The notes under the pieces: model-generated
Told to the model about the DNA's origin: nothing
The model's database searches: none
What the model saw: only the letters and a program-made list of their open reading frames with translations
Program-made: the position numbers and the translations under genes
Origin: the human T2T-CHM13v2.0 reference genome, Homo sapiens
Length of the DNA: 64,000 nucleotides
Reading direction: 5' to 3'
NCBI GenBank assembly: GCA_009914755.4
Contig: CP068257.2
Location: forward strand, 17,600,001 to 17,664,000
Part shown: positions 24,881-39,651 of the stretch, in pieces
Numbering within the stretch: position 1 is the stretch's first letter
Layout: the number at the start of each line of letters is the position of its first letter

Positions 24881-26162
24881 AACTAGGAAATATATTTACT
24901 TCATTTAATCCAAAAATGTATTAAAGGATCTTGGGTAGTTTATTTCTAAGAGGGACAAATGATTATCACAGAGGAGTACATGTGTGTTCTCTCTGTGTCA
25001 TTATGGACACCAAATATGGGGTTTTGTGTCCAGTGCTTCTATCACTACCACTCCTGGGTCTCCACCTCACTTCTTGAAAGTATTTGATTACAAATAACAC
25101 TGGGTTATTTGACTTTCTGCTGAATTGGAATTTTTAGTGGAAACCTCCAAATGGCAGCTCCTAGATCATATGCCTAGCTCCTAGATGCAAAAGAGTCTAC
25201 AACAGGTAATTATGCCTTCCATGTTGGGAAATAGGAATGGAAATTTGAGACACATTCAGATTTCAAAATGACATTAAAAAGAAAATAGGCTTCCACAAGC
25301 ATCTGCTGTCTATCCCTTTATATGTGCATAACTAGCTATGTCCTACTTCCAATGACCAGGCCTTTTGGTTGTTGATTCCATACTGTTCAGGTCTCTGTCA
25401 AGTATTATTTGTGGTTGACTTGTCTCTTAACTCTCTACTATTGTGGATGTTTCTGGTGCCTCAGTCTTTTAGTTTTTATTGGACAGGTCTTGCAAAAGGC
25501 TACGCAGTGGTGACATCAGCTTCCACTCAGTTTTGTAGGGTTTCCCAGACAGTGACTTTGAAGGAAAGACTGACACATTATCACATACAAAATATTATCC
25601 TGAAAATCCTGAAGTAATAGTGGAATTATGTTTTAGTGTATAAAATTATGGAATGTGGGTTCCTATCCTCAAACAGTCTAACTCTAAAAGAAACAACAGA
25701 ATATATTAGACTGACAAAAATGAACAGACTCTATACAAAATGATTGGGCTATTTTAGTAAAGACATTCTTTTGTAGATTTTAATAGACAGTTTATAATTT
25801 GTACTCTTGTAGATAATTTTATTATCTGTATTTGCACCTATTTAACATGACACTTTAAAATTACTAAATACTCACCAAAACAGGAAGTGTATCTGTGCAG
25901 TATATTTTAAGGTCTCTTGTAGGTCATTCTTTCTTGAGTAAATAGATTCTGAGATCTCTAAAACTACTACATGTCATTATATTACTAACTGCAAGTGATT
26001 TCTTAGCCATTCCACTACAGAAATGTGGGTTAAAGAAGAAAAATGCTATAGCCTGTTAAACATTATTTCTATAATGTTATGTTACATTCAATATATATAT
26101 TTACTATTTATATCTATTGAATAGATTTAATATAACATGACATTATAGAAATAGTTACAGAC

Positions 26163-26205
26163 ATATATATATATATATATGTATATACACACACACACAC
26201 ACATA
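26163..26205. repeat. (AT)n(AC)n compound microsatellite
   Basis: atatatatatatatatatgtatatacacacacacacacacatacatat. Confidence 0.9.
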
Positions 26206-27143
26206 CATATATGTAACTCATAGTAGGCATATGTTGTAAGTAGCTTTAGAAATATTTTATGCTTTCAGAACTTGTTGACCATTACCTTTTAGCTACATAA
26301 TCTAGAAATACTTTTATTGATTTTTTAAAAGTAATCCATCATGATTTGTTGTTCATAAATTTGATTATACAAAAGAGCATTAGTGTCATGAATTGAAGTT
26401 CAGCATTTTGGTGTTTAAATCTGCACAGTTTAAAATGGACTGTTTTCAAAACCAAAGACATATTTCAGATGCATTCCTCCCCGAGGAATGCATGACTTTG
26501 CATAGCAATGGATTTATAGGAGATCATGGAATAACTAAAGGCTTTAAACAACTCCTTGTTTTTCTTTACTAACTTCTGGCATTAAAGACACTCAATACAT
26601 TTAAGATAGTCCCTGGTACTTCCGATAATCTCGTAGCAAGTTTATTTATTCAAATTTTTAGTGAACCCTCTCCAACAAAATATAGCCGATCATATGTTTT
26701 AATGACTTTTAATGGATAATCATTGATTAATAAAATGCCTTCACCACAATATTATCAAGACTATAAAAATGATTTAAGTATGAAGAATTGGGACCAGGGA
26801 GTTGTAAAAATATATTTTTCTATCAAAACAAGGACTGAAAAATTTCTTCTTTAGTTACATGGATGTATCTTAAAATACATTCAGCTTTACTAATACCAAA
26901 CAGATTTACTAAAACTCACACCAATTTCTAACACACACACATGCCCACACACTCAAACAACACTCATATCAGATGAAAACTGTGAAAAATGAAATAAACC
27001 AGTCATATTTAAGCATAGTCAAGTCAATAAGTTAGAAAGAGATTATTGCTGGAAAAGCCTGATTCATGTTTGATGATTGATCATACTGTCAACGAAACAA
27101 GATTATTTGATCTTCCACTGATAACTAACATAACATGAGCCTA

Positions 27144-27170
27144 TGTGTGTGTGTGTGTGTGTGTGTGTGT
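27144..27170. repeat. (GT)n microsatellite
   Basis: tgtgtgtgtgtgtgtgtgtgtgtgtgt. Confidence 0.95.
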
Positions 27171-30100
27171 ATTACCTAATATTTTCATGCCAACTTTCTG
27201 CTCATTTGGCATGTATAATCATATACAATGTAGAAGTAAAAAACCTATTTTGCTTTTCATTCAACATACCGCAAGTTAATGGTACATATTAGTAATTTTA
27301 TTAATTTGTTGGTACAAATTCTGCCAATTCATGTTTATAGTTGATATTTCTGTTCAATACTTTTCGTAACTAAAATACAATTTAATACAAAACTAATTTT
27401 TGCATATTTTCTGAGTTTCCTTTATTGGCTAACCTGGAAGCATAGTCACAATACTACTATAGAGAGTTTGTTATTCATAAGATATATTACACAAGGAAGT
27501 ACTTAATAAGAAAGTTTAGCTTCTGAAATAGTTAAAAGAGAGAGCTATCTAAAAAGTATGAGGCAAAGAGATGAATAAATATGTATAATATTTTAATATA
27601 TCAAATAGATGGGCCACTAATAAAATCATGTATTCTGTATATAAGTTGTAACGATTTTACTAAGAAGGGTAAGTTTTTATTTTTTAACATATTGGTCTAG
27701 TAAAACATCTATTTGAATTTTTATTTATTCATTATGACACAATCAAAATATTACAAATCACTTAGATATCTTAAATATAGCGTACTTTCAAAAACAAAAA
27801 GGATGTCTATATGCCGTTAATAATTAGACAATTCTAACTTATTTCTATTTGGTTATCTTGAAGATAAGTTTCATTTTCTTTATTCTAAGAACATACTGGT
27901 TCATTTAACTGCATTCTGTTCTATCAATCATGTTGCTGAAAGTAGTCATTTTCTTATTTCAATTGCTTCTGGAAATCATATTTTATAAAAACTCAGATAC
28001 ATGTTTCACATGAGTATTGGTGGTAAGAGTGGTTAATAAGCCTGTCAGTTAGGTAAGCCCAAGTGATTTGGTCTGCATTAAAACAAACAAATAGGAAGTT
28101 TAGAAGCAGTGGTAGCAGCCTTTGGTTGTCTTATTTCTTATTTCTTGATTGCTGTTTTATTTCTCTCTGTCAGTAAATGACTTCCATTCTTTCAGCATTC
28201 TCTATTTCATTACTCAAGTCTCTGTTTTCTACTTTCTCTTTCCAGTACCCGAACAGCAGAGAAGACAGTGTTGGAAAAGCTAGCATTGTTATTAGTCTAA
28301 ATATTTTATTGAACAAGGGCTGGTAGAATATTTTGAAGGAGCACAAGCTATAATAAATCATGGCATCTACCAATGACAGTTTCAAATGAACACGTTCATT
28401 GGGCCAGACAAGTACATCACTAAGAGTGTTATTTACCTCAGGTGCTGACATATAGTGCCAGATGTTGAATTTAAACCCTGACTCAGTGATTGTGGCTGAA
28501 AACTGCATTGGCATTTTAAAAAGCATCTGTTATAAACCCTGATCTGAGTAAGACACAAACCACAGACCTTAATGCAGGCAATAACGAATGAGAGTTTAAA
28601 GTGATTACCTTGGCAAGTTCAGAAAGCATGAAGGCTGAGGTCAACTCAGAGTATGGAACATGTTCCTGTTAAAGGGACGTTTGTGGGGTCACTTTTCTAA
28701 GCACTTTCCCACAGAAGTATGAAAGATGTGTGGATAACTTCTAACTTAGCATTAAATGATATTTTATGAATTTGCAATATTTTTGCACGTGTTTTATTTT
28801 AAAAGATACCCTTATGAGTACTGCAGTTGGACCCCGCAAGAGGAATTTATGAGTTACTGAATAGTCATAAGAGTTGTACACTGCCAGTGAGGATCATTTT
28901 CAATAGGGTAACATGCATGTCATTCGAAGCTGTATATGTAGTTTTGGAAAATAACATATAAAGCCTGATACTAATTATTTACATCAGCAAATAGATTGAC
29001 ATTAAATTAAAAAAATATAGCAGCAGTTCTGTTCTAGAAAATATATAACAAAAAGTAATAAACTAAAAAATAATTAAGCTTTACATAAATAAATTTGATT
29101 TAATATGTTGATATCCATCCACTATAACTGGCATTTTGTCTTTAATTTTAATTAATAATTCTGTACATTTTACACAAAAATATGTTATAAAGAATACTTT
29201 TTATTTTTTATATTTATCATAGTTTATATTTTGATAAAAACATTGAAATTTTGTAAATATGTAAAATTTTATTTGATTTTGTTATTTTAGTTACTCAGTA
29301 GTAAAAAACTCACATGAAAATTTTGATTAAGCAACCTGTTAATCAAATTTTGATTAATAAATCGATAAAATTAGTCAAATTATTACTTTTATCCAATTAA
29401 AAGCAATAAAAAATTTAATTAAGTATAACATGATTATGCATGTCTTTATTTTATTGTTTATTCAGACACTGATAGCTCATCAACTGAATGGTCTGATAGC
29501 CAAAATAAAAATATGTAAGTCATCTTTGCCAATTTCAGCAATATAAAAGCCATTTATTTAAATATATGTATATATTTAATGTAATATTACATAATATTTT
29601 CAAGGTAGTAGAACAGAACATATGTTATTTAAGTTTGTTAAACCAGTTTATTGATTTTAAATATTTAGAGTCTATGAGCCTCCATGTTCTCATTTTAGGA
29701 CCTGAAAGTGTTAAGGTGATCAGAACCAAACCAGCCTATTCACATTTTAACAATGTGACACTTCTATTTCATGAGGAAAGATAAACATGAATGACCTTGC
29801 TTTTCACAATTTCATGAAAAAATATGTTTCACTCCTTTAGTGGTCAAAAATAGGGATTTCAATATCTATAAATCATTACTCTATTTTTTTATCTTAATAT
29901 CGTAATTTAGCTTGGACAACTACAACTCCCCCCAAGAACATAGCTGTTGGAAAGGGTGTGAGCTTATAGGCGACAAGTAATCCCACTATATTTCCTTGCT
30001 TCAGAGATTGGTTCAGGGGTGCTCAAATGAGCTGTCAGAGCCATTGTGATGCAATGAGATTTTGCTGGGACTTTGAGAGAGTGACAGTCCTCTCCTTCCA

Positions 30101-30919
30101 AGTATGCAAGGAGCACTGGGACTAATAAAACCCACTACTGAATAGCATAAAAACCTACATAAGCAGCCAACAGAGCCAACAGAAAATATAAAGCATTAAG
30201 ACATGAAGGAAAATTAAGTCCTTTTGTTATTAATATGAGAGTCTTTATAATAATGAGTTTGAAGCCAGCTCTATTATTCCTGGACTTGCCAGTCATGTTA
30301 GCCTTTATAATCTGCTTTGTTTTTGCAAACTCAACCATTTCAATTAATGCAATCATAGAGGAGAGAACTATGAAAGAGAGACTTTTACAGTGCTTTTCTA
30401 AATCCCTTAACCACTCTTTCCCCCAACTAGGGGTACAAGTGAGTTATCCAAGGGGATGGTAGGTAAAGGTTACTGCTGATGTTCAGTAGAATCAGTTGGT
30501 TCTGGCTCCCTCTCCCTCTTTCTGTCTCTCCATTTTGCCCATTGAAATTGGTAAGAAGGACTGGACTAGATCTTAAGAAGTAGGAATATACATTATGGCC
30601 CAATGTACTGGCCCTCTGGATTTTCAGTAGGTACATCTGCTAGTAAGTGAACACTTCAGTCTATAGTGCACAGGAACACTGAGAGAGCCACATTTCAGCA
30701 CTGGATTCAAACTACAATCACTAAAATCATTAAAATAAAAAAAAAAAAACCTTTGTAGGACTGAGATTAATTGGAGAGTTTTACAAAGAGTGGGAAGATC
30801 TTTGGGTTAACATTTGAATTAGGACCTGCATGGTCAAAAGTTAACCACCATGTAACAATGAGGATTAAGAATACGTCAGAGGAAATAGTGCCACAACTCT
30901 AAGGTTGAAGTGACCTTGG

Positions 30920-31275
30920 TGATATAGTTTGGCCATGTCCCCACCCAAATCTCATCTTGAATTGTAGCTCCCATAATTCTCTCTTATTGTAGGAGGGACA
31001 CAGTGGGAGATAATTGAATCACAGGGGCAGTTTTTCCCATAGGGTTCTTGTGGTAGTGAATAAGTCTCACGAGGTCTGATGGTTTCAAAAGCGAAATCCC
31101 TTTCACTTGACTCTCATTTTCTCTTGCCTGCTACCATGTAAGGCGTACCTTTCACCTTCTGCCATAATTGTGAGGCCTCCTCAGTCACACGGAACTGTGA
31201 GTCCATTAAACCTTTTTCTTTTGTAAATTGCCCAGTCTCAAGTATATCTTTATCAGTGAAAACGGACTAATACAC
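30920..31275 (+). mobile_element. THE1/MST-type MaLR solo LTR
   Basis: tgatatagtttggccatgtccccacccaaatctcatcttgaattgtagctcccataattc...gggagataattgaatcacaggggcag...ttcttgtggtagtgaataagtctcacgaggtctgatggttt...cctgctaccatgtaaggcgtacctttcaccttctgccataattgtgaggcctcctcagtcacacggaactgtgagtccattaaacctttttcttttgtaaattgcccagtctcaagtatatctttatcagtgaaaacggactaatacac matches the THE1 LTR consensus end to end. Confidence 0.8.
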
Positions 31276-31614
31276 TTGACATACTTGAAGAAGGCATAGA
31301 ATGCCATGCTGGCTGGAACTGTAGATGAGCAGCTAGTAATAAAGAATGAGATCAGAAAGATTGAAGGGGCTCAGATATTTTTTTTTTTTTCAATTGACTG
31401 TCATGTCCCTGTGGGCCAAATGCATCAATCAGAAGCCTGGAGGAAACAAAGTATTCGTATTCTGAACTGAATCTACAATTAGAATACTTCTTATCAATGG
31501 GTATCAAAGGAACAGTTCTACTTCAGCATTCAATAGACATTGCAAATAATAATACATATAGGGTTGTGTGGACTTACAAAAATGGTACAGGAAGAGGGAT
31601 ACATAAGAAAGAGA

Positions 31615-31985
31615 GTAGTACCTGTCTTCATCCTTTTGGGCTGTGGTAACAAAATACCACAAACTGGGTAATTAATAAGCAATTTATTCCTCACGGTTCT
31701 GGAGGCTGGAGGTCCAAGATCAAAGTGCTAACAGATTCAGTGCCTGGTGAGGGCTCACTTTCTGGTTCATAGATGGTAACTTCTAGCTGTGTTCTCACAT
31801 GGTGGAAAGGGCTAGATACATTCCAAGGGTTTCTTTTATAAGGACACCAATTCCATTCATGAGCATTCTTCCCTCATGACCCAATCATTTCCCAAATGCC
31901 TCACCTCCTAGTATCATCATATCAGGTGATTTGGTTTTAACATATTAATTTTGGGGGTACACTAGTATTCAGACCATAGTAGTAT
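31615..31985 (-). mobile_element. MaLR solo LTR (MLT1-like), antisense
   Basis: ggctgtggtaacaaaataccacaaactgggtaattaataagcaatttattcctcacggttctggaggctggaggtccaagatcaaagtgctaacagattcagtgcctggtgagggctcactttctggttcatagatggtaac...ctcacatggtggaaaggg...tcttttataaggacaccaattccattcatgag...ttaattttgggggtac is the reverse complement of the MLT1-family LTR. Confidence 0.7.
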
Positions 31986-33824
31986 CCATGACTCTTCCTG
32001 ATGAGGGAAGCAAATATTTTGTTTCAAACACTCTAGTCATGAAGCTCCTTTCCTGCCCAATACAGTGTAATATAACATGTTTCAAAGCTGCATTTCAGGC
32101 ACCAGAGAATCAGAATAGAAGATGTCAATCACCCGAATGCAGGGCACTCAGATCACTGACATAGAACAGAGTACAAGTGTTAGGCAACCAATTGACAGTT
32201 GCCTAAAGAAAATACATAATTTACAAAAGTTGCCTTTGGAAATAATCTACAAAATCACAATGGTTTAACTCAACAGAGGTTTATTTCTTTCTTACTTGAA
32301 ATAAAAATTGTTATTCTTGATGAGCAAGAAGTACTTCTCCAAGCAGTAATTCAGGTACCCCAAGTTTTTCTCACCTTTAGTTCCATTGTCTTTAGCGTCT
32401 AGATTTTAATAATTCTGTGCTTATCTGTATCAAGCAAGAGGAGGAAAGAACTAGGAGATTTGCTGGCGACATGTTTCTGCAGACTGGGCCTTAGCGTGGC
32501 ACACATTGCAACATGCATGTTGTACATCCCCACGTAATTGAGACTGAGAATGTGGTATAGCTATGCTTCCAGAAAGAGCAGGTAAAGGGTTTGGAGGTGA
32601 ACACATTGTAGATGACTACAGACTATCCTTCTGGTCAGGAAATATGCTTTACAGAAAAAGCTAATGGACCAAAACATTATTACTGACTCTAGCAACTCTT
32701 CCTACTCCTCTTGTAAAACTGAAATTGATCAAAGAGTGTCTGTTAAACTGTGGCCCTAGTTTTGCAGTTGCTGAATGCTGTCCCATGTCTAATGCAATCT
32801 AAATTTCTCACATCTGACAACATTTTGAATAGTGAGAAATTATTGAAATAAAACTCAGTCTATCTGACCTTTCCCAGTTTAAGCTCTAAATTCTTTGGAA
32901 TACTTTCTGTCTACAGAATAGTCCTCTTGGACTGTCCTCGCATTGCAATGTTTTAATACAAGCTTAATGGCTTCTTTTCCCCATAGATTATACTTTTTTT
33001 GTGTCTGTTTCCACATATGGCTGCACTTGCCATGAGTGTTTGGGAGACTAAGAGCTTTTGTTTTATTTTGTTTTTTTCCTAACACCCCAAAAGCTAAAGA
33101 TATTTATAGTTTAAGTTTGTGTAATTTTTGGACAGGCAATTTTCTTGATTATTAGGATTCTCATTTTTGCTTCTAATCAGACCATGTAAGAGGGATATAC
33201 CCACAATTTGCCTTAGATATAACTTCCAAGCCTGCTTTATTTCCGAAGCCATATCTCATGGTTTCTCATTTTAATGGCAGCTAACTTAAGACTACCCGTG
33301 ACATTAGTTTGTGAGTAGGCAGAGGTACTCTATTAATCTGATCTTTGCAACAGACCTGAGTCCTCATCATCCTCTCCTCCTCCAGTTTCTTTTCAGAGTT
33401 ATCTCTTACTGTTTGGTATCTAAAGGCATTTCCTTTTCCAAAGGCTTCATTGCTCAAAATCTCTAGATGTTTGTTATGCCTTTCTCTCTTTTTCTAGCAA
33501 AACAGCCAATTATTTATTGAAATAGTCACTCCACACAATGCCTTCCTAAAAAAGGACAAATTAAATATCAACACCATTACTCTTTTATAAACCATTTTCC
33601 TCATAACTAAAGTAGTGGCTGTCAGTGTTTCGGTTGTCTTAACGCTAAACAATTTTTCATATTTTAGAAATGTATTGCAGCCTGACTACCCTCCTGGGGC
33701 AAATTTGATATTACATGTATAAACCTTACAGCTGAAAATTTAATAATAATAAAAAAAAACCTGAGTGGCTTATTCATCTGAAGGCCAAATGGAACTGCTT
33801 GATCAAGAGATCCAGGTCCTGATG

Positions 33825-34075
33825 TTTTTCTTTCTTTCTTTTCTTTTTTTTTTTCTTTTCTTTCTTTTTTTTATTTTTTTGAGACCGAGTCTCGCTCTGT
33901 CGTCCAGGCAGGGGTGTAATCGCATGATCTTGGCTCACTGCAACCTTTGCCTCCCGGATTCAAGTGATTCTCCAACCTTAGCCTCCTGAGTAGCTGGGAC
34001 TACAGGCACTCGCCATCATGCCCAGCTAATTTTTGTATTTTTGTAGAGATGGGGTTTCACCATGTTTTGAACTAA
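33825..34075 (-). mobile_element. Alu SINE, antisense, lacking part of its left monomer, with a long T/CTTT-rich tail
   Basis: (ctttc/t)n tail at 33825-33880, then gagaccgagtctcgctctgtcgtccaggcaggggtgtaatcgcatgatcttggctcactgcaacctttgcctcccggattcaagtgattctcc...gcccagctaatttttgtatttttgtagagatggggtttcaccatgtt, then breaks off. Confidence 0.85.
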
Positions 34076-37000
34076 TTCAATTTTAGGCTCCAAATTTGTA
34101 TGTATCAAATTAGAAGCAGTAAAGTACATGGCAGATAACTCTGTCAGGTAATTGGTTATGGACACATGTATCTATAAGGGAGGCTTAGAATTATAGTTCT
34201 AGCCGTAAGTCCCAAAAGTGCAAATAGGTTTTGGTGAACACATAGCAGCCTCTGCACGTTGGAGAAAATATCAGTTTTGAGCATGTACATATGCATAGAC
34301 TAATAAGTTTCTATTAAGAGTCCTAAATTCTCTCAGAGGGCCAATATCTCACAAAAGGCTTTTATTAGACATGTGCTTCCTCTACACAGAGTAAATGTAC
34401 TTGAATTTAAAGTGTCTGTAGAGATTGTTGAGTAATCTAAAATTTGCCTGTTTACATTGCCATATTTAGAGAAATCCAAGTTCAGTGAGATGAATAGGAA
34501 AGATATGCTCAAGTTACTGTACTTCAAATGTATACTGATCTTCTTTCACTTGTTTTCATCTAAGCCTACATTTGTCTTCTTAGAGTTCTAAGGTAAGGAA
34601 CCAGAATTACTCTCAGTAATGTTGAAAGTGAGATTTAATAGTGTGGTATGGATAGTTGCAATAGGAAAAGACTTTTAAGTAATGAGGAAAAAATGTCAGG
34701 TAAGACTCAACTTCTCCTTTTTCTCATATTACATAATCAAGGAAAGGTTTAATATCAGCTGGATCAGAAATTCAGTAATACTCACTTTCAGAAGAAAGTG
34801 GTATATTGCCATGTGATGCATTCAAACTGCATAACTTTCAGGATTCACGCAGTAGGAACTAAGAATAAGACTACAGAATAGTGAAAGTATCATTCACAAA
34901 CAAAATGCTGAGTAATTTGGAAAGACAAATATGTCTATAACTAGTACAGTCTGACAAGGGCTGTTATGATATACAGGTATAGATCAATTAGAAAGAGCAT
35001 AAAGAAAGAAGAAGGGCTACAACATCAAAAATAGCACATATATTTTCCTCAGAGTTAAAGAGCCGTAGAGGTAATCAACATTGCATGATAGACAATCCCT
35101 GATAGTACTTGTAGTTTGTGTGCGCATTTCATTCAAACTTTGGTTTCTGATATTCCTAATATGTGAAGCCACATTTTAGCCTAAAAATAAAAAGAATCAC
35201 TGAATATATTTAAAGGAAATAGAAATGCCTAATTATGTTTGTACCTAAAATGTTGGGGCCCAAAGTAATAAGATGAATTATACAACAACCTTATTTAATG
35301 AAGATTCAGTAGCAATTTCTTATTTTTGGTGTTGCTGAATATTCTGTTTTCACTCCCCCAAAGTTAGAGGACATAGTAGCACTCTCCTTTTGCTTCCTTA
35401 TTAAAAAGATAAATTACTATCTCATCCCACAGAGAATATTGTAACTAACTTTATTTTTTAAATCATCAAATACATCTCAAATCATAATAAGTGTAGTGCA
35501 TATAAGAGGCAGTAAAATGCTGAGCTGCCTTAAACTATTACATTTTAAACTCATAGAAACTCTGAAATATTCTAAATTATTATGCCAAAAATCATGCCAA
35601 TTAATCAGTATAATTGGATAGCCTCAATTAAGAAAAATAAAATTATAGAAAACACAGAAAATTAGAAATAACTGTAAGTATTCTTTCTTGAAGTGGAGAA
35701 AACTTCTCATTAGATATTTATACTATTCTAGACTCTGTTGACATTATTACTTATTATTGAAGAAAATCTCAGAAATAGACATGTTTTATTTTAACAGCAG
35801 TAAAATGCAGAAATAAAGAATGTAATAGATTTATTTCATTTTCCAAGTGGCTTCATCTCAAGACAATTCAGCATCATGTAAATGTAACAGTAATATGCCT
35901 TTTCCCAAAACACACTGAGTCTTCTTATCTCTAAAACTGATTCCTTTAAACTTTTAAAGTTTTCACTCTAAGACAAGATGATTAAGGGTAAAGCGATATT
36001 AATGCTTCTTGGAAACGATCGTATCACTTTCCCTGACCTTCAAATTACATATATCATTTGTCTTTGGCAAAACTACACCATTGCTCAATGTTGTGGACAG
36101 CAAAATTAATCTGGCATTATTAATAACATCAGCAATGAAATAAAAAGTTAACTGAGCTTACATTTTTTATAACCCCAGGAGTTTTAAAACCATGTTAAGA
36201 GCTTTAGTGTGATGACAGAAAATTTGTGCTGTGGCATAAATGATATGACAAGTCAAACAAAACATATCATTGAAAAGACTATATTAATTCAGCAATATTT
36301 TTATTGTATTTTGAATACATTTTATACTACGGTTAGGAAAAAAAAAAACAACTCCAGCTGTTTTTCCTCTGCTCTCACATCACAGCAATCAACATAAGAC
36401 TTATATGACAAGATGTGTAGGGATCTCTCCCTACCAGCAAGCAAGCAATCAATTATTCAGCCAACACCAGCTTGCTGTCCTCCATTTGTCTTCTGACTAT
36501 TTCTCTGGGGATAGCATCAGATTCCACAGGCCCAGTCGCACAAGACTGCCCCCACTTCCAATGTCAATCACAAGCCCCAGGTTGTTTAACTTGTGCTTCT
36601 AACCAACCGCCTGTAAATTGGTATTCCCACAACCCCCTCCTTGGGTTTGATAAACTTGTTAGAGCAGCTTACTGAACTCCAGGAAACGGGTTTATTACAA
36701 AAGATATTCCAAAGGGTGCAGATGAAGAGATGCATAGGGAAAGGTATGAGGGAAGGCTCACAAAGCTTCAATGTTCTCTCCGGCCTTGCTATCTTCCAGG
36801 AACCTCCACATGTTCCGTTTTCTGGAAGCTCTTCAAACTCTTTCCTCTTGGGCCTTCTATGGAAATTTCATTGAATAGGCATGACTGAAGCATGAACAAC
36901 TGTGTACAAATGCAATTGGACAAAGGGGTATAATCTAATAGTCACAGACTGAGTGGGAAAATCCAGCAAGGTCTGTCGGTGGAGATTTCATCTTGGCCTC

Positions 37001-39651
37001 TGTGCAGCATTCCTTTCTCCATGGTATGGCACAGGACCGCCTCTGAAATGCAGCTCATATGACCTATGATCAAACAAGGTAGGTTAGAGAAATTTTTGTA
37101 TGGCCAGCTCCAAGGTACAAAGGTAGGGGAAGATTTCTACCCTTTGGAGAAAAAGGAGCAGGTAAAAGGAGGACTGGAGAAAGTCAGAAAGAGAAATTCT
37201 GTTTTCTGAGGCCTGCTTCTGGGGCCCAAAGTGCCCCAACATTATAAGAAAAGACTAATGAGAGCTTTGAGAGTCATGAGCCAGGATGTGTGGATAGAAA
37301 CATATTTAAATATTCTCCATCTCCTAATATAACGATGTGAAAAGGGAAATAAATTGGAACCACAAGAAATAGTGGCAAAGGTTTGGAAAGCTTAAGTCAA
37401 AATGTGTTGTTCATAAATACGGTCTGAATAATTTGAACATTTTCTGTTAATGGTATTTGTTCAACTATAATGATATTTTCCAGCCAAGATATAATTGGCA
37501 ATGTCAAAGTCACACACAGATGGGTAAAATGGCCAATGTCTCTGGAAAATCTTGATAATAACTTTTTAGTATCTCTGGTGCAAGGTCACTTAAATTCAGA
37601 AAATAGCACCCAAGGAAAAAATAGCCATATTCAAAAAAATAAGCTCCATATATTTAGATGTAGATATAAATTTGGGGTGATTTATTTCTTATTAGACACT
37701 AATATTTTTTAAAACAGAGAATGACAAATAAGGAAATTTTGCAGTTAACTATGTCCTAATGAAAAAGGGTAGTAGTTTTACAAGAAAGATATAATTCATC
37801 AAAAAGGCAGGGAAGCATTCAGACTAAACATTGAGTATGTTTGGAAATAATAAAAATTATTGTTTCTTTTACCAACATCAACAATCTTTTCAAATTAATT
37901 TATAAAACTGTCATCTCTGTTCACTAATTTTGAATTACTCATATTATTTTTAATTTTGAATACTTATAATATTACTTACTAATTTTTAATTAATTTTGAT
38001 ATACCTATATCACTGTTTTGAATTGATCTATGAATGATCTAGAAATGACTTTGCTTGTTTTTTTTTTTGACTCATGGGTATTTACTTTTCATTAGGTAAT
38101 TTTAATGTATTGTTAACTAGAAAAATAAGATGAAGAAAAAAACATTTTAAATGCAAAATATAAATTTAAAGAACTTCAAAAGAATAAAATTTCAGTTTTA
38201 TGTCTTTCAAGTAAATTTGCTGTTTTCAAAATTATTTTTTGTTACAAACCTATTTTATTTCAAAAAATATGCTATTGTTTTTAACCTATAATTTTTAAAT
38301 ATCTGACAGCATTGTAGGACTTAAAGCTATTAAATATATAAAGATATAATAGAACTTATTGGAAATATTCAAGGAAAAACTAACATATTCTTTAAAAACA
38401 TTTTAATTTTTAAATTCTATGTTAATTGACTTTTTGATACATATTTTACTTTTCCTTCACTTCTTTTGTCAATTCTTAAAAATGTCTTTCTTCATAATTT
38501 TTGGCAATTAGTTTTTACACTTTAATAGCAAACATTGCCATAAAAGTGAAATTAAGCATTAATTAATTTTATGTCTGCAGGCAGAGTGATTTCCTTAGGG
38601 AATCAATTTTAATAGAGAGAACTATGTTTGTACCTGGCAGGATATTCACAGAAATAAAATATTTATTGGCTATCTACTTTGTTTAAGACCTCTTAACAAA
38701 CCATAACTTATTAAAGCATAAAGTAACATACATAGTAAATACTTTTAAAATCTGTAAACAACTAATTCCTTTCTTCTTGTGAAGTCTTGTTTAGATCATT
38801 AAAGTAATAGCAGATTTTCTCACAACAGGTTTGTGAATATTGTCTGTTTAACATGAAAACTATAAAAAAATTAAAGACAATTGATATATATTTATTCAAC
38901 TATGTCAACTCAAAGATGATCTGCAATTGTTTTCTGAATAACTTATTAATAATGCTTAGGCCCCTTTGTTGAACATGCTTTTATTTGTGTAAATAAGAAT
39001 TCATTTAAAAATACATTGTACAACTTCAACACATTGTGTGTCCCTGAAGGTACTCTGAGATTTTGCAGTTATAGTATAAATGAGACAAAACGGCAGAGAA
39101 AATATTCCCCATGTGTAATTCTTTCTACATTTATTTCCCACATCAATCTCACAAGTGTTTTTATTTCACACTGATTGATATCATTGAGCACATACCTCAA
39201 TATCTATTATCACAAAAACTATCATTATCAACAAGGACTTTAAAAAATATCTAAACATTATTATCTGGGTAGCAACTCTATACTCCATTTTATCCATTAA
39301 TTTTGTCTAATTAGTAAAGAAGTACTTATGGTAAAAACAAATTAAAAATAGTACAGAAAACATACTCCTGTATGCAATTATTACAAATATTTTATTTAGT
39401 TCCTATAAAGTATTTACATAGCTGAGATCACTATATAATATTATACTCATGTTACTTTATGTCCTAACTTTATATCAGAAAAAGCTTCCCATACTAATAA
39501 ATGTAAACTACTGTCAAAGAATCTATGATACCTACTCAATAATGTTTACATGAATAAATATGATTTATGTAAGCATTATCTTGCAGATGGACACTTTATT
39601 TCTTCCCAAACTTCATAGAGTAATTTTAATGCTACAGTAATGACGTACATA

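Noticed and set aside
36405-37150. Possible LTR- or ERV-like element (tgtaaattggtattcccacaaccccc..., several short ORFs 36405-36874)
   Set aside because: The suspicion rests on composition and a few LTR-like motifs only. I found no defined termini, TSD or consensus match, so it is left uncalled.
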